From Thermodesulfovibrio sp. (GTDB lineage: Bacteria; Nitrospirota; Thermodesulfovibrionia; Thermodesulfovibrionales; Thermodesulfovibrionaceae): 64,000 nucleotides of DNA. Positions 1 through 10,171 of the stretch are shown piece by piece; position 1 is the stretch's first letter, and every line of letters begins with the position of its first letter. The DNA is taken from the NCBI GenBank assembly GCA_020725335.1, contig DYFF01000020.1:146434-210433 (forward strand). Reading direction: 5' to 3'. The notes below the pieces were generated by a model. The model was given only the letters and a program-made list of their open reading frames with translations. It did no database searches and had not been told where the DNA came from. The translations under genes and the position numbers were made by a program.

Positions 1-1
1 G

Positions 2-91
2 GCATGGGGTGCAGCTTTAATGATAACAGTATTTATTCTTTTAGCCACAATTACAGGAAGATTACTTATAAAAAGGAGGTATAAGGATTGA
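2..91 (+). CDS. pstA: 3' end of phosphate ABC transporter permease (PstA-like), partial at window edge
   Basis: Frame 2 reads [29 protein letters not shown]-stop, a hydrophobic terminal helix plus a basic tail. The stop TGA (89-91) overlaps the TTG start of pstB at 88. The position fits the pstSCAB gene order. Confidence 0.45.
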   Translation, partial: AWGAALMITVFILLATITGRLLIKRRYKD

Positions 92-846
92 TATCTGAAA
101 TTGAAGTAAAAAACTTAAATTTTTATTATACAGGTGGTGTTCAAATACTTAAAAACATAAATATGACTGTTTATAAAAGCCAAGTTACCGCATTAATTGG
201 GCCAAGTGGTTGTGGTAAAACCACTTTATTACGATGTTTTAATAGAATGCATGATCTTTATGCAGGAAACAGATATGATGGAGAGATAATATTTCAGGGT
301 ACTAACATTCTATCGAAAGACACAGACCTGATAGAGTTAAGAAGTAAAATAGGTATGGTTTTCCAAAAACCTACACCCTTTCCTATGAGTATTTTTGAAA
401 ATATTGCCTATGGACTCAAATTAAGAGGAATAAAAAATAGGGGCGAGCTTAAATCGAGAGTTGAAAAAGCTTTACAAGATGCAGCGCTTTGGGAAGAGGT
501 GAAAGATAAACTAAACACCAATGCCTTCGGACTAAGTGGTGGGCAGCAACAGCGACTTTGTATTGCAAGAGCCCTTGCAGTAGAACCTGAAATAATACTT
601 TTTGATGAGCCTACAAGTGCTCTTGATCCTATATCTACAGGAAAAATAGAAGAATTAATAATTTCTCTAAAAGGTAGATTAACTATAATAATCGTAACGC
701 ATAATATGCAACAGGCAGCAAGAATATCTGATTGGACAGGTTTTATGATGCTTGGAGAACTCATAGAATATGATAAAACTGACAAAATATTTACAGTCCC
801 ATCAAATAAACTTACAGAAGATTATATAACAGGAAGATTTGGTTAA
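88..846 (+). CDS. pstB: phosphate ABC transporter ATP-binding protein PstB
   Basis: Walker [13 protein letters not shown] signature LSGGQQQRL and Walker [12 protein letters not shown]. The PstB-typical N-terminus and RCFNRMHDL segment are present. GGAGG lies upstream of the TTG start. Confidence 0.9.
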   Translation: MISEIEVKNLNFYYTGGVQILKNINMTVYKSQVTALIGPSGCGKTTLLRCFNRMHDLYAGNRYDGEIIFQGTNILSKDTDLIELRSKIGMVFQKPTPFPMSIFENIAYGLKLRGIKNRGELKSRVEKALQDAALWEEVKDKLNTNAFGLSGGQQQRLCIARALAVEPEIILFDEPTSALDPISTGKIEELIISLKGRLTIIIVTHNMQQAARISDWTGFMMLGELIEYDKTDKIFTVPSNKLTEDYITGRFG

Positions 847-1274
847 TCAGGATATCTAAAGGGATTGCCTCTAAGAATTTTCTCAACTTTTGGGGGATTC
901 CCCTTCAGAAGAAAACTTGCAAGTCCTCTTTCCTCTGTTTCAGTGCCGAGATATTTCCATTTGCCATTCCAAGAAACATAGAGCCTGATTGCATCTCCTT
1001 CCATCTCTACTAAAACTGGAGTAAATTCGAGGTCAGCCTTGTCAAAGGGTCTGATTGATGAAATAATCTCTCTGTATGCAGATTCTGAACAGTATTTTCT
1101 AATTCCAGCATTATCCTTATTTTGATAAGCTATCCTTATTTCATTAACAACTTTGAAAGCCTCAGTTGTATATAAATACTCCAAAGATGGCTGTTTAACC
1201 TCTTTCTTACCACCACAGGAAAAAAGAAAGGTTACAAAAGGCACTATTATACATAAAATTATTAACTTTCTCAT
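843..1274 (-). CDS. hypothetical lipoprotein
   Basis: The N-terminus [22 protein letters not shown] has a signal peptide with a lipobox-like FSC. GGAGG lies upstream. No recognisable catalytic motif. Confidence 0.6.
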   Translation of the reverse strand: MRKLIILCIIVPFVTFLFSCGGKKEVKQPSLEYLYTTEAFKVVNEIRIAYQNKDNAGIRKYCSESAYREIISSIRPFDKADLEFTPVLVEMEGDAIRLYVSWNGKWKYLGTETEERGLASFLLKGNPPKVEKILRGNPFRYPD

Positions 1275-1290
1275 TTTTACCTCCCGATAT

Positions 1291-2253
1291 TTATATCCTG
1301 TATTTTACAACTTCCGCTTCTGAGATTGCATTATATTCTTTTATTTTTTCTTCTTCATTTTTTCTTGTTACTATCAAAGCATGTTTTCTTTTAGAATAAT
1401 ATACACAGATTTCACAGGCTTTATCTATCTCTTTTTCAGAATGCTCCCCTAAAATTAATATGACAGGTCCTTTAAAATCCAAGGGATGTATTAAAACAGC
1501 TCCCTTTCGGTTCATGAGAATTTCATTTTCTCCCTCGTCTCTTCCAACAATTGCTTTACATTTTTCAGATAACCTAAAATGTCTACCAATTTTTAATAAT
1601 TCAACATTTTCAATTGTAAGCTCATCATAAGTGATAATATCCTTAACTTTTTTACAAAATAGAGGGTCTGTAAGAAGACATCCGCCAGAAGGTTGAGGAA
1701 TTTTGTGGATACCATACTTTTGTGCAAGTAAAAGTTGCTTTTTTCTTCCTCTTCCCCAAATATCATATAGCATTTCTCTATCTATTATTCCATCTAACTC
1801 TGGTTTTGTTGCAGATAGAAGCTTTCCAGAAAGGGGTCTAACAATCAATCCCTTAAGAGATGCTTCGTTTTCAATATGAAGAATCTGTTCTCTCTTCTGA
1901 GACATGAGTCTTTGAAATACTATCTCTCCTGTTACAATAAAAGAAGCATTATATTTGGACATTAATTCTTTTGCTTCTTTAAGCATTAAAATTTTACAAT
2001 CAATGCAAGGATTAAGATTCTTTCCATATCCATGCTTTGGATTTTTTAAAACTGAAAAAAACTTTTTTCTTATATCTATTTCTTCAATTGAAAAACCAAA
2101 CTTCTGAGAATAAACTAAATCTTGCTCCTTTAAAGGTAAAACAAAGCCTGTCTGAAATTTAAAAGCTATGACTTCAATTTTTTGTTCCTTTATAACAAGA
2201 ATCGAAAGGAGGCTATCGAGGCCACCTGAATACAGGGCAATAGCTCTATGCAT
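1291..2253 (-). CDS. PP-loop ATP pyrophosphatase family protein (ThiI/MnmA-like tRNA sulfurtransferase-type)
   Basis: The N-terminal SGGLDS PP-loop motif (ALYSGGLDSLL) and NPCIDCK are typical of tRNA thiolation-type enzymes. The exact subfamily is not resolved. Confidence 0.6.
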   Translation of the reverse strand: MHRAIALYSGGLDSLLSILVIKEQKIEVIAFKFQTGFVLPLKEQDLVYSQKFGFSIEEIDIRKKFFSVLKNPKHGYGKNLNPCIDCKILMLKEAKELMSKYNASFIVTGEIVFQRLMSQKREQILHIENEASLKGLIVRPLSGKLLSATKPELDGIIDREMLYDIWGRGRKKQLLLAQKYGIHKIPQPSGGCLLTDPLFCKKVKDIITYDELTIENVELLKIGRHFRLSEKCKAIVGRDEGENEILMNRKGAVLIHPLDFKGPVILILGEHSEKEIDKACEICVYYSKRKHALIVTRKNEEEKIKEYNAISEAEVVKYRI

Positions 2254-3235
2254 ATGGATGAGTTTTCCATACTTCCATTATCTCATCTGTTGTAGCCGTT
2301 GCTGTACCAACTTTACCAACAACTATTCCTGCTGCTACATTAGCTATTTTTGCTGAATCTACCAAAGACGCTCCAGAAATATGTGCTAAAGTTATAGTGG
2401 CAATAACAGTGTCTCCAGCACCAGTAACATCAAAAACCTTTTTTGCTACGGTAGGGAGATGAGTAACAATAACCTCTGCATTCTTTCTTTCAAAAAGACT
2501 CATGCCCTCCTCTCCTCTTGTGATAAGAACAGAATCGCAGGATAGTTTTCTAAGAAGATTATGTCCAGCTTTTATTAATGTCTTTTCATCTTTTATTTCT
2601 GTCTCTGCTCCATGGGATGCTTCGGCAATGTTTGGTGTAATCAAAGAAACATTTTTGTAAAGCCTGAAATGTCCAATCTTAGGGTCTACAGCTACAAAAA
2701 TACCGTTTTTATGAGAAACAAGAGTTCTGAATAGTTCCTCTGATATTACTCCTTTTTTATAGTCTGATACGATCACAGCATCAAAATTTTTCAAAGCATC
2801 TCTTATCATTGAAAGAAATAGCTCCTTTGCCTTTCCTTCAAGTCTTCTACGGTCTTCTATATCAAATCTAACAACCTGTTGATTGCCTGCAATTATTCTC
2901 GTTTTAACAGTTGTTTTTCTTGAATCTTCGAAAATATAATCCTGAGCAATTCCTTTTTCAGTTAGTAAATCTCTTACAATTCGACCTGCTGAGCCTTTCC
3001 CTATTATCCCTGAAATAAAGGCATTGCCACCAAGTGCTATTATATTGTTTGCCACATTAGCTGCGCCACCAAGCCTATAAGATTCCTCACATACTTCCAC
3101 CACAGGCACAGGTGCTTCAGGAGATATTCTTGATACTTTTCCAAAAATATAGCGGTCTAAAATTATATCACCTATAACAAGAACTTTCTTATTTTTGAAA
3201 TGTTTAAAAAGTTTCTGTAAATTTTCTAATTTCAT
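2246..3235 (-). CDS. rfaE: D-glycero-beta-D-manno-heptose-7-phosphate kinase (RfaE domain I / pfkB carbohydrate kinase)
   Basis: VLVIGDIILDRYIFGKVSRISPEAPVPVV is the characteristic RfaE/HldE kinase N-terminus. The C-terminal DVTGAGDT motif is the pfkB signature. Confidence 0.8.
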   Translation of the reverse strand: MKLENLQKLFKHFKNKKVLVIGDIILDRYIFGKVSRISPEAPVPVVEVCEESYRLGGAANVANNIIALGGNAFISGIIGKGSAGRIVRDLLTEKGIAQDYIFEDSRKTTVKTRIIAGNQQVVRFDIEDRRRLEGKAKELFLSMIRDALKNFDAVIVSDYKKGVISEELFRTLVSHKNGIFVAVDPKIGHFRLYKNVSLITPNIAEASHGAETEIKDEKTLIKAGHNLLRKLSCDSVLITRGEEGMSLFERKNAEVIVTHLPTVAKKVFDVTGAGDTVIATITLAHISGASLVDSAKIANVAAGIVVGKVGTATATTDEIMEVWKTHPYA

Positions 3236-4518
3236 CTGCCTTCCCTCAATAGTTTAATAATTTCCTCCAACCCTGCCTCACCTTGAGTTCCTTCTTTCAT
3301 CTTTTTCCATTTATATAAAGAACTTTTAATCTCCTCCTCACCTACAATAATAACCCACTCAACTCCCAGTTTATCTGCCTTTTTCAGTTGGTTTTTCAAA
3401 GATATATCTTCATAGGCTCTCTCCGCAATAAAACCCTCTTTTCTGATTTCGCTAATAACTCTCTTTACTTCTCTATCTAATCCCTTACCTGCATAGGCAA
3501 CATAAACTATGGGTTTCTTAGATTCAATGGATAGATTATCTTTAGATAACTCCACTAATCTTTCCATTCCTATAGCAAAGCCTGCTGCAGGAGTTTTTGG
3601 GCCTCCAAAATATCCTACCAGGTCATCATATCTACCACCCGCTGCAACAGCATTTTGAGCGCCAAGCATAGTAGTAGTTACTTCAAAAACTGTTCCTGTA
3701 TAGTAATCAAGTCCTCTAACTATATGAGGATTAACAGAATATTTTATTTCATAATCCTCAAGCTCTTTCTGAAATCCAAAAAAATGGGTTTTGCAGTCAT
3801 TACACAGAAAATCTATCATAACTGGAACATCTTTTAAAACTTCCCTACAACCTGGAACTTTGCAGTCAAGAACTCGCAAAGGATTCTTGACAAATCTTCT
3901 CTGACAATCACTACAAAGATTTTCAATCTTATGATTTAAAAAATTAAATAAACTTTCTTTATAAGAAGGTCTACATTTTTTACAACCAAGAGAGTTTATT
4001 TCATAGGTAAGATTTTTTAAATTAAGCTTTTTAAAAAATTGCTTCAATATCCAAAGCATTTCAGCTTCAACAGAAGGAGCTGCTATACCAAAACATTCTA
4101 CTCCTATCTGATGAAACTGTCTAAGTCTACCTTTTTGCGGTCTTTCATATCTAAACATTGGGCCAATATAGTAAAACTTTTGTGGAGAAGGGTTATTAAA
4201 AAGAGAATTTTGTATATAGGCTCTTACAACAGAAGCTGTACCTTCTGGTCTTAAAGCGACTCTTCTTCCTTTTTTATCGTTAAAAATATACATTTCCTTT
4301 TCAACTATATCTGTATCCTCTCCTATACTTCTCAAAAAGAGCTCAGCCTGCTCTAAAATTGGAGGTCTTATTTCATTATAGTTATAAAGTTCTAACAATC
4401 CCCTTGCATTCTCTTCAATATGTTGCCAGACATGACTCTCTTCAGGAAGGATGTCCTGCATGCCTCTAAGAGAATTAAGCTTCACTTTCTTCTCCTTCTC
4501 TCTCCTTATCAAATTCAA
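3232..4518 (-). CDS. hisS: histidine--tRNA ligase
   Basis: LRGMQDILPEE, the class II motifs (RPEGT, FRYERPQKGRLRQFHQ, GGRYD) and a C-terminal anticodon-binding domain. An alternative GTG start at 4485 with AAGGAG 6 nt upstream would cut the overlap with divIVA to 11 nt. Confidence 0.9.
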   Translation of the reverse strand: MNLIRREKEKKVKLNSLRGMQDILPEESHVWQHIEENARGLLELYNYNEIRPPILEQAELFLRSIGEDTDIVEKEMYIFNDKKGRRVALRPEGTASVVRAYIQNSLFNNPSPQKFYYIGPMFRYERPQKGRLRQFHQIGVECFGIAAPSVEAEMLWILKQFFKKLNLKNLTYEINSLGCKKCRPSYKESLFNFLNHKIENLCSDCQRRFVKNPLRVLDCKVPGCREVLKDVPVMIDFLCNDCKTHFFGFQKELEDYEIKYSVNPHIVRGLDYYTGTVFEVTTTMLGAQNAVAAGGRYDDLVGYFGGPKTPAAGFAIGMERLVELSKDNLSIESKKPIVYVAYAGKGLDREVKRVISEIRKEGFIAERAYEDISLKNQLKKADKLGVEWVIIVGEEEIKSSLYKWKKMKEGTQGEAGLEEIIKLLREGR

Positions 4519-4945
4519 GCATTCTTAAATGGCTTTCTATGAGTCTTTTAATCTCCTCTTTAAAATGTCTCCTTATGCCTTTTAGGTCTACAATGTCTTC
4601 ATGAATTTTTACAACCTTTTCTTGAGCTTCTTTTAGTATATTTTCTGCTTTCAACTCCGCTTCCTTAATTATAAGTTCTGCTTCTTTTTTCACATTTGTC
4701 TGATATTCATCAACAAGCTTTTGAGCAGTCATAAGAGTATCTCTAATAGATTGCTCTATTTTTCTGTACTCCTCTAACTGAGTTTCCAGGATTGTAACCT
4801 TTTCTTTCAACATAGAATTTTCCTTTAAAATCTCCTCTAACTCTTCTCTTATTATCTCAAGAAAAGAGTATACTTCCTCCATATCAAAGCCTCTAAATTT
4901 AACCTTAAACTGCTTCTGCTGAATATCAAGTGGAGTAATTCTCAT
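4475..4945 (-). CDS. divIVA: DivIVA domain cell-division protein
   Basis: The N-terminus ITPLDIQQKQFKVKFRGFDMEEV is the DivIVA signature, followed by a coiled coil. It sits after yggT in the conserved yggS-proC-yggT-divIVA arrangement. Confidence 0.85.
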   Translation of the reverse strand: MRITPLDIQQKQFKVKFRGFDMEEVYSFLEIIREELEEILKENSMLKEKVTILETQLEEYRKIEQSIRDTLMTAQKLVDEYQTNVKKEAELIIKEAELKAENILKEAQEKVVKIHEDIVDLKGIRRHFKEEIKRLIESHLRMLEFDKEREGEESEA

Positions 4946-5250
4946 AACTGTCCTCCTTTAATTCTATATCCAAGCTCAATAAGGCTCAGAATTAAAAATT
5001 TCTGAATAAAATAAATCAAAAGTAAAAGGATAAGCGGAGAAATATCAACAGGCAATCGGAAAGGTAGTAATTTTCTTATTGGGCGTAAAATTGGTTCTGT
5101 TACTCTGTATAAAAATCTCACTATCGGATTATAAGGGTCAGGGTTTACCCAACTTACAAGTGCTGAGGCAATAACAATAAAAGAATAGACAGTTAAAGCT
5201 ATATCTAAAATATTTCCTATTACAATAATTAGATTTCCAAGTATAGACAT
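4942..5250 (-). CDS. yggT: YggT family membrane protein
   Basis: A small protein of about 100 aa with two hydrophobic helices and the central segment NPIVRFLYRVTEPILRPIRK, typical of YggT. Conserved neighbourhood. Confidence 0.8.
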   Translation of the reverse strand: MSILGNLIIVIGNILDIALTVYSFIVIASALVSWVNPDPYNPIVRFLYRVTEPILRPIRKLLPFRLPVDISPLILLLLIYFIQKFLILSLIELGYRIKGGQL

Positions 5251-6042
5251 TTAATCTCCTTGCATGGAAAGTTCTTTAGCCCTTTGAGTAGCATCATTGA
5301 TAGTTTTTAACAAAATTGCTCTAAGTGTACCGTCAGAAAGCACCTTTAATCCCGCCTCTGTTGTTCCTCCTGGTGAGGTTACCTTTTGCCTGATTTTATC
5401 AGGTGGCAACCCGCTATCCAGTAATTTTGCTGTACCAACAAAAGTCTGTATTAAAAGTTCAGAGGCTATGTCCTCTGAAAATCCCATTTCTGTTGCTACA
5501 TCAATAAACTGCTCTAAAATATAACAGAAAAAACCGGGTCCGCTTCCTGAAAGAGCGGTAACAAGATTCATGTAATTTTCAGGAAGAGTAATTACCTTAC
5601 CCACACTCATAAATATGTCTCTTACAGGAGCAACAATTTTCATTTCAAGGCACTCGCATATAGCAAGAACTGTCATAGACTCACCTACTATTGCAGCAAG
5701 ATTTGGCATTGCCCTTATTAGTTTATCTGTTTTAAGATAATTTTTTATAAAATTGAGAGGTATTCCTGCTGCAATAGAAACCACTGTATGCCTTTCTGAG
5801 ACAAAATCTTTTATCTCTTCGAGAACTTCTTTTATATTCTGAGGCTTTACTGCTAAAACAATAATTTCTGACTGTTTAACCACATCGATATTTGAAGATA
5901 TAGTCTTTATACCATAACATTTTTCAAGATATCGTCTTCTTTCCTCAATAGGGTCTGAAACCACAATATTTCTCTTACCCTCTTTTATTAGCCCTCTAAT
6001 TAGGGCTTCTGCCATATTGCCACCACCGAGAAAACCAATCAT
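5251..6042 (-). CDS. proC: pyrroline-5-carboxylate reductase
   Basis: N-terminal Rossmann motif IGFLGGGNMAEA and C-terminal SPGGTTEAG, the ProC signature. Confidence 0.9.
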   Translation of the reverse strand: MIGFLGGGNMAEALIRGLIKEGKRNIVVSDPIEERRRYLEKCYGIKTISSNIDVVKQSEIIVLAVKPQNIKEVLEEIKDFVSERHTVVSIAAGIPLNFIKNYLKTDKLIRAMPNLAAIVGESMTVLAICECLEMKIVAPVRDIFMSVGKVITLPENYMNLVTALSGSGPGFFCYILEQFIDVATEMGFSEDIASELLIQTFVGTAKLLDSGLPPDKIRQKVTSPGGTTEAGLKVLSDGTLRAILLKTINDATQRAKELSMQGD

Positions 6043-6043
6043 T

Positions 6044-6748
6044 TTATATTACCTCCTCTTTTATTCTTTGCCCAAAAAGGGCTGTTCCTATTCTTACCAT
6101 TGTTGCTCCTTCCTCAATGGCTACCTCAAAATCATGGGACATCCCCATTGATAATTCTTTAATAAATGGATATTTATTAAGCAAAAGATCTCTTAGTTGT
6201 CTAAGCCTTTTAAAATAAGGTCTTACATCTTCGGGATTTTCAAAATAAGGCGGGATTGTCATAAGGCCTTCCACTCTTATATTTTTAAGTTTTTCGATTA
6301 CCTTAATGATGTTTTCTACTTCTTCCTCCACTACTCCGTACTTAGACTCTTCTTCGGAAAGCTTTACCTGCACAAGCACCCTTTGAATTTTATTTATCTT
6401 TTCTGCTTCTTTATCAATTGTAATTGCAAGTTTTTCAGAATCAACAGAATGAATAAGTGAAAAAATCTTAACTGCATCTTTGACTTTATTTGTTTGAAGA
6501 TGGCCAATCATATGCCATTCAATATTAAATCCTTTGATTCTTTCAATTTTTACCTTTGCCTCCTGAACTCTATTCTCACCAAAAATTCTTAACCCTAAAT
6601 CTGCTGCTTCTATAATTTTATCATCCGGTTGAGCTTTTGTTACAGCAATTAGTTTTATTTCCTCTGGATTTCTGCCTGCTCTTAGAGCAGCATACGTCAT
6701 TTTTTTAAAAATTGATGATATTCTTGATGCAAGCATAATATAATACAT
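6044..6748 (-). CDS. yggS: YggS family pyridoxal-phosphate homeostasis protein
   Basis: LIAVTKAQP (PLP lysine region), GENRVQE, IGHLQTNK and MGMSHDFEVAIEEGATMVRIGTALFG are the YggS/PROSC signatures. Confidence 0.85.
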   Translation of the reverse strand: MYYIMLASRISSIFKKMTYAALRAGRNPEEIKLIAVTKAQPDDKIIEAADLGLRIFGENRVQEAKVKIERIKGFNIEWHMIGHLQTNKVKDAVKIFSLIHSVDSEKLAITIDKEAEKINKIQRVLVQVKLSEEESKYGVVEEEVENIIKVIEKLKNIRVEGLMTIPPYFENPEDVRPYFKRLRQLRDLLLNKYPFIKELSMGMSHDFEVAIEEGATMVRIGTALFGQRIKEEVI

Positions 6749-6753
6749 TATAC

Positions 6754-8166
6754 ATGATTATGCGACTGTTTGATAGGCTCACGCTTAGATGGAAGCTTAT
6801 TTTGCTTCTTCTTTTCCTGAATTTTACTCTAATGTCCTCTCTTTATGTTTTCTATAGTCAAGCCGAAAAAAGGCTTCTAAAAGAAATAGAAAAACAAACT
6901 GCAGATCTTACTAAAGCTATCCAGATAGGTGTAGAAGAAGTAACAAGAGGAGGGTCTAATAAGCTTGCAGAGTATCTTGATAAACTAAATACAAGGGGTA
7001 TAAAAGAGGTATCAATAATAAGTAACACCCAAGAAATTATCGCGAGCACTAACCCACAAAATATTGGAAAACCTATTACTCATCGAAAAAAAGAGTTAAT
7101 TATAAAAGCAGAACTTGGTGAGCCAATATTCGAAGAAGAACATGTTTATAATGTTATTGTACCTGTTATTGCTGGAAATGTTCAGTATGGATATATACAC
7201 TTGAGAATAAACAAAGACGACTTTTCTAAAATTCTTAAAGCCAATGCTTTTAAAAGAATGTTGACTAACCTGCTAATATTTTCAATTGGAATAATTGTAA
7301 CTTATATTATCTCGAAAAGATATACGAAACCAATTGATACTCTTACTGAAGCTGCTATGAAAGTAGCTCAAGGTGATTTTAGCTATAGACTGAATATAAA
7401 TAGAAAAGATGAAATTGGCAAAATAGCAGAAAGTTTCAATTTTATGATTCAAAAACTTGAAGAACATCAAGCTTTACAGAAAAGGCTCAGAGAAGCAGAA
7501 CATCTTGCTGCAATTGGCCAATTAAGTAGAACAATCGCTCATGAGATAAGAAATCCTCTCAATTTCATTAACTTAAGCATTGACCATCTAATAGAAAAAC
7601 TAAAAAAAGAAAACCAAAATTCAGAGAATCACACCAAACTTCTTCAAAACATGAAACAAGAAATTTATAGAGTTAATAATCTTGTTACTGAATATTTGGA
7701 ATATACTCGTCCCCTTAAATTAAATAAAACATCCCAAAGCATAATTGAAATAATAGATGAGGTATTATCAGTTATTGAAATTACCGCTGAACAGGATGGA
7801 ATCCATATTTATAAAGACTATAAAATAGATTTTACTCTCAATTTAGACAAGGACTTAATGAAAAGTTGTTTGCTTAATATAATAACTAATTCACTACAGG
7901 CAATGAAAAATTCAGAAGTAAAAAATATTTTTATTAAGACAGAACTTGTAGGTGATGAACTTCTCTTAAGTATAGCTGATACAGGTTCAGGAGTTTCTGA
8001 GGAGTTATTAGATAAAATTTTTGAACCATTCTTCTCTACTAAAAAAGGTGGTTTAGGCTTAGGGCTTCCGTTAGCAAAGAAAGTTATAGAGGAACATGGT
8101 GGTAAAATAGAATTTTGGAGTACTCTTGGCAAGGGAAGTGAAATAAAAATTTATTTACCTTTATAA
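6754..8166 (+). CDS. sensor histidine kinase (periplasmic sensor domain-HAMP-HisKA-HATPase)
   Basis: Two TM segments flank a loop of about 140 aa. HAMP region (PIDTLTEAAMKVAQGDFSYRL), H-box IAHEIRNPL, and G-boxes DTGSGV and GGLGLGL. Confidence 0.85.
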   Translation: MIMRLFDRLTLRWKLILLLLFLNFTLMSSLYVFYSQAEKRLLKEIEKQTADLTKAIQIGVEEVTRGGSNKLAEYLDKLNTRGIKEVSIISNTQEIIASTNPQNIGKPITHRKKELIIKAELGEPIFEEEHVYNVIVPVIAGNVQYGYIHLRINKDDFSKILKANAFKRMLTNLLIFSIGIIVTYIISKRYTKPIDTLTEAAMKVAQGDFSYRLNINRKDEIGKIAESFNFMIQKLEEHQALQKRLREAEHLAAIGQLSRTIAHEIRNPLNFINLSIDHLIEKLKKENQNSENHTKLLQNMKQEIYRVNNLVTEYLEYTRPLKLNKTSQSIIEIIDEVLSVIEITAEQDGIHIYKDYKIDFTLNLDKDLMKSCLLNIITNSLQAMKNSEVKNIFIKTELVGDELLLSIADTGSGVSEELLDKIFEPFFSTKKGGLGLGLPLAKKVIEEHGGKIEFWSTLGKGSEIKIYLPL

Positions 8167-8173
8167 GCATAAT

Positions 8174-9559
8174 ATGATAAATGTTCTAATAATAGATGAT
8201 GAACCTCTTCAGAGAGATATTTTATGCACAATTCTCTCAGACGAAGGATATAATGTTTATTCTGCATCGTCCATTGAAGAAGCAAGAAAGATAATTAATG
8301 AAACCTCTCCAGAGATTATTCTTACAGATTTAAAACTTGGCAATGAAAATGGAATCGAGATTTTAAATGATATTCCGAATAAAACTATTTCGCCAGTTGT
8401 TATTGTAATTACAGCTTTTGGAACAATATCTTCAGCTGTTGATGCAATAAAAAGGGGAGCTTTTGACTATCTTACAAAACCGGTAGACAGAGAAGTACTT
8501 ATATTCACAATAAAAAAAGCTGAGGAACGAATAAATCTATTAAGAGAAAATCTTAGACTAAGAGAAGAGCTATACGGACAGTTTAAAATTGAAGGCATTG
8601 TTGGTAGATCAAAAAAAATGCTTCAAATACTTGACATAGTAAAAAAAGTAACTCCCACTTCAGCAACAGTTTTAATCTATGGTGAGTCTGGAACAGGTAA
8701 GGAACTAATAGCAAAAGCTATACACTACAATTCTCCTCGAAAAGACAAACCTTTTATCGCAATAAACTGTGCAGCCATACCAGAAACTCTTATAGAAAGC
8801 GAACTTTTTGGCTATGAACCAGGAGCCTTTACAGGTGCAAATACCAGAAAAATAGGATTGATTGAGTCTGCTCAGGAAGGAACGCTTTTTCTTGACGAGA
8901 TTGCTGAATTGCCTTTAAATCTTCAATCAAAACTATTAAGAGTTATTCAAGATAAGGAAGTAAGAAGAATCGGAGGTAAAGATACAATTAAAATAGATTT
9001 AAGAATTATTGCAGCTACAAACAAAAATTTATCAGAAGAAGTTGCAAAAGGTAAATTCAGAGAAGACCTATATTATAGATTAAAAGTTGTAACAGTTGAA
9101 ATACCTCCTTTAAAGGAAAGGAAAGAAGACATTCCTGAACTTGTAAGATTCTTTATAGAAAAATATTCAAGAGAGTTTGGTAAAAGAATTTCTGATATTG
9201 ATGAAAAAGCTTTACAAGCTTTAATGAATTATCATTGGCCCGGCAATATTAGACAACTTGAGACAGTAATTGAAAGGGCTATAATAATATGTGAAGGTGA
9301 CAAAATAAATCTCCGAGATATTCAGGATGAGTTAAGACTTAATATTCCTAAAAATATCCTTGATATCGATATTCCTGATGAAGGACTTAATTATGAGGCT
9401 TTAGAGAAGGAATTACTTAAAAAAGCTTTAATTAAATCAAATTATGTTATCGCAAAAGCAGCAAGACTGCTTGGAATGAGCTATAAAACTTTCTGGTATC
9501 GGCTTGAAAAATTTGGATTATCAGAAAACTTCCCCAAAAGGGAAAACTTCCTCAAATGA
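8174..9559 (+). CDS. sigma-54-dependent response regulator (NtrC/AtoC family)
   Basis: Receiver domain (DDEP...DLKL), AAA+ Walker A GESGTGKE, the sigma-54 contact motif GAFTGA, and a C-terminal Fis-type HTH (AARLLGMSYKTFWYRL). Confidence 0.9.
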   Translation: MINVLIIDDEPLQRDILCTILSDEGYNVYSASSIEEARKIINETSPEIILTDLKLGNENGIEILNDIPNKTISPVVIVITAFGTISSAVDAIKRGAFDYLTKPVDREVLIFTIKKAEERINLLRENLRLREELYGQFKIEGIVGRSKKMLQILDIVKKVTPTSATVLIYGESGTGKELIAKAIHYNSPRKDKPFIAINCAAIPETLIESELFGYEPGAFTGANTRKIGLIESAQEGTLFLDEIAELPLNLQSKLLRVIQDKEVRRIGGKDTIKIDLRIIAATNKNLSEEVAKGKFREDLYYRLKVVTVEIPPLKERKEDIPELVRFFIEKYSREFGKRISDIDEKALQALMNYHWPGNIRQLETVIERAIIICEGDKINLRDIQDELRLNIPKNILDIDIPDEGLNYEALEKELLKKALIKSNYVIAKAARLLGMSYKTFWYRLEKFGLSENFPKRENFLK

Positions 9560-9605
9560 GGAAATTTCAAAAATATAATTGTTATATAATTTAAGCATTT
9601 CGTTT

Positions 9606-9621
9606 TGGCATAAAAATTGTT
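9606..9621 (+). promoter_or_regulatory. candidate sigma-54 (-24/-12) promoter
   Basis: TGGCAT-N5-TTGT has the correct GG to G spacing (G9608 to G9619 is 11 nt) against the consensus TGGCAC-N5-TTGC. The -12 element has GT instead of GC. It lies about 70 nt upstream of the 9690 ATG and directly downstream of the NtrC-type regulator gene. Confidence 0.4.
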
Positions 9622-9689
9622 AGCTTTATTTTTAAGCCTAAAACTGAAATCCCTGAATAATCAAAAAGGAAAGGAGGTGACTAAGAAGA

Positions 9690-10154
9690 ATGAAAAAAAT
9701 TATAGCAGTCGTAATGGCATTGGTATTTGCTCTCACCGTATCAGTAGCCTTTGCACAGCAGCCAGCAGCAAAACCAGCTGAGCCAGCAAAGCCAGCTGAA
9801 CCAGCAAAGCCAGCCGAGCCAGCAAAGAAAGCTGAGAAACCTGCTAAGGAAAAAGTTAAACAGATTACTGGTGAACTTACAGCTGTTGATACAGCTGGTA
9901 AGGCTATTACAGTAAAAAGCAAAAAGCAGGAACTCACAATCGGTGTAACAGAAGCACAGCTTAAAGACATCAAGGCTGGTGATAAGGTTGTAGTAAAATA
10001 CACCGAGAAAGATGGCAAGCTTACAGCAAAGAGCGTAAAGAAAGTTGCAGCCAAGGCTGAGAAAAAAGGTGAAGTAAAGAAAGAAGCAAAGCCAGCTGAG
10101 AAGCCAGCTGAAAAGAAGGCTGAGCCAGCAAAACCAGCTGAAAAGAAACAGTAA
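9690..10154 (+). CDS. secreted low-complexity protein with KPAEPA repeats flanking a small beta-rich core
   Basis: Signal peptide MKKIIAVVMALVFALTVSVAFA. (KPAEPA)x3 at the N-side and PAEK/KPAE repeats at the C-side. The central part ITGELTAVDTAGKAITVKSKKQELTIGV...KVVVKYTEKDGKLTAKSVKKV is non-repetitive. Strong SD GGAGGTG. Confidence 0.7.
   Translation: MKKIIAVVMALVFALTVSVAFAQQPAAKPAEPAKPAEPAKPAEPAKKAEKPAKEKVKQITGELTAVDTAGKAITVKSKKQELTIGVTEAQLKDIKAGDKVVVKYTEKDGKLTAKSVKKVAAKAEKKGEVKKEAKPAEKPAEKKAEPAKPAEKKQ
9771..9824 (+). repeat. three tandem 18-nt coding repeats (AAR CCA GCY GAR CCA GCA)
   Basis: Read directly: aaaccagctgagccagca / aagccagctgaaccagca / aagccagccgagccagca. A degenerate fourth unit follows. 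Confidence 0.85.
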
Positions 10155-10171
10155 TCTTCTTTCATCTTATA

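Noticed and set aside
408-785. 125-aa antisense ORF inside pstB
   Set aside because: It lies entirely within a confidently identified ABC ATPase gene and has no motif or RBS. It is a typical shadow ORF. The same applies to the other short antisense ORFs in the track, for example 2168-2356, 3655-3837, 29546-31059, 36845-37488 and 56292-56606.
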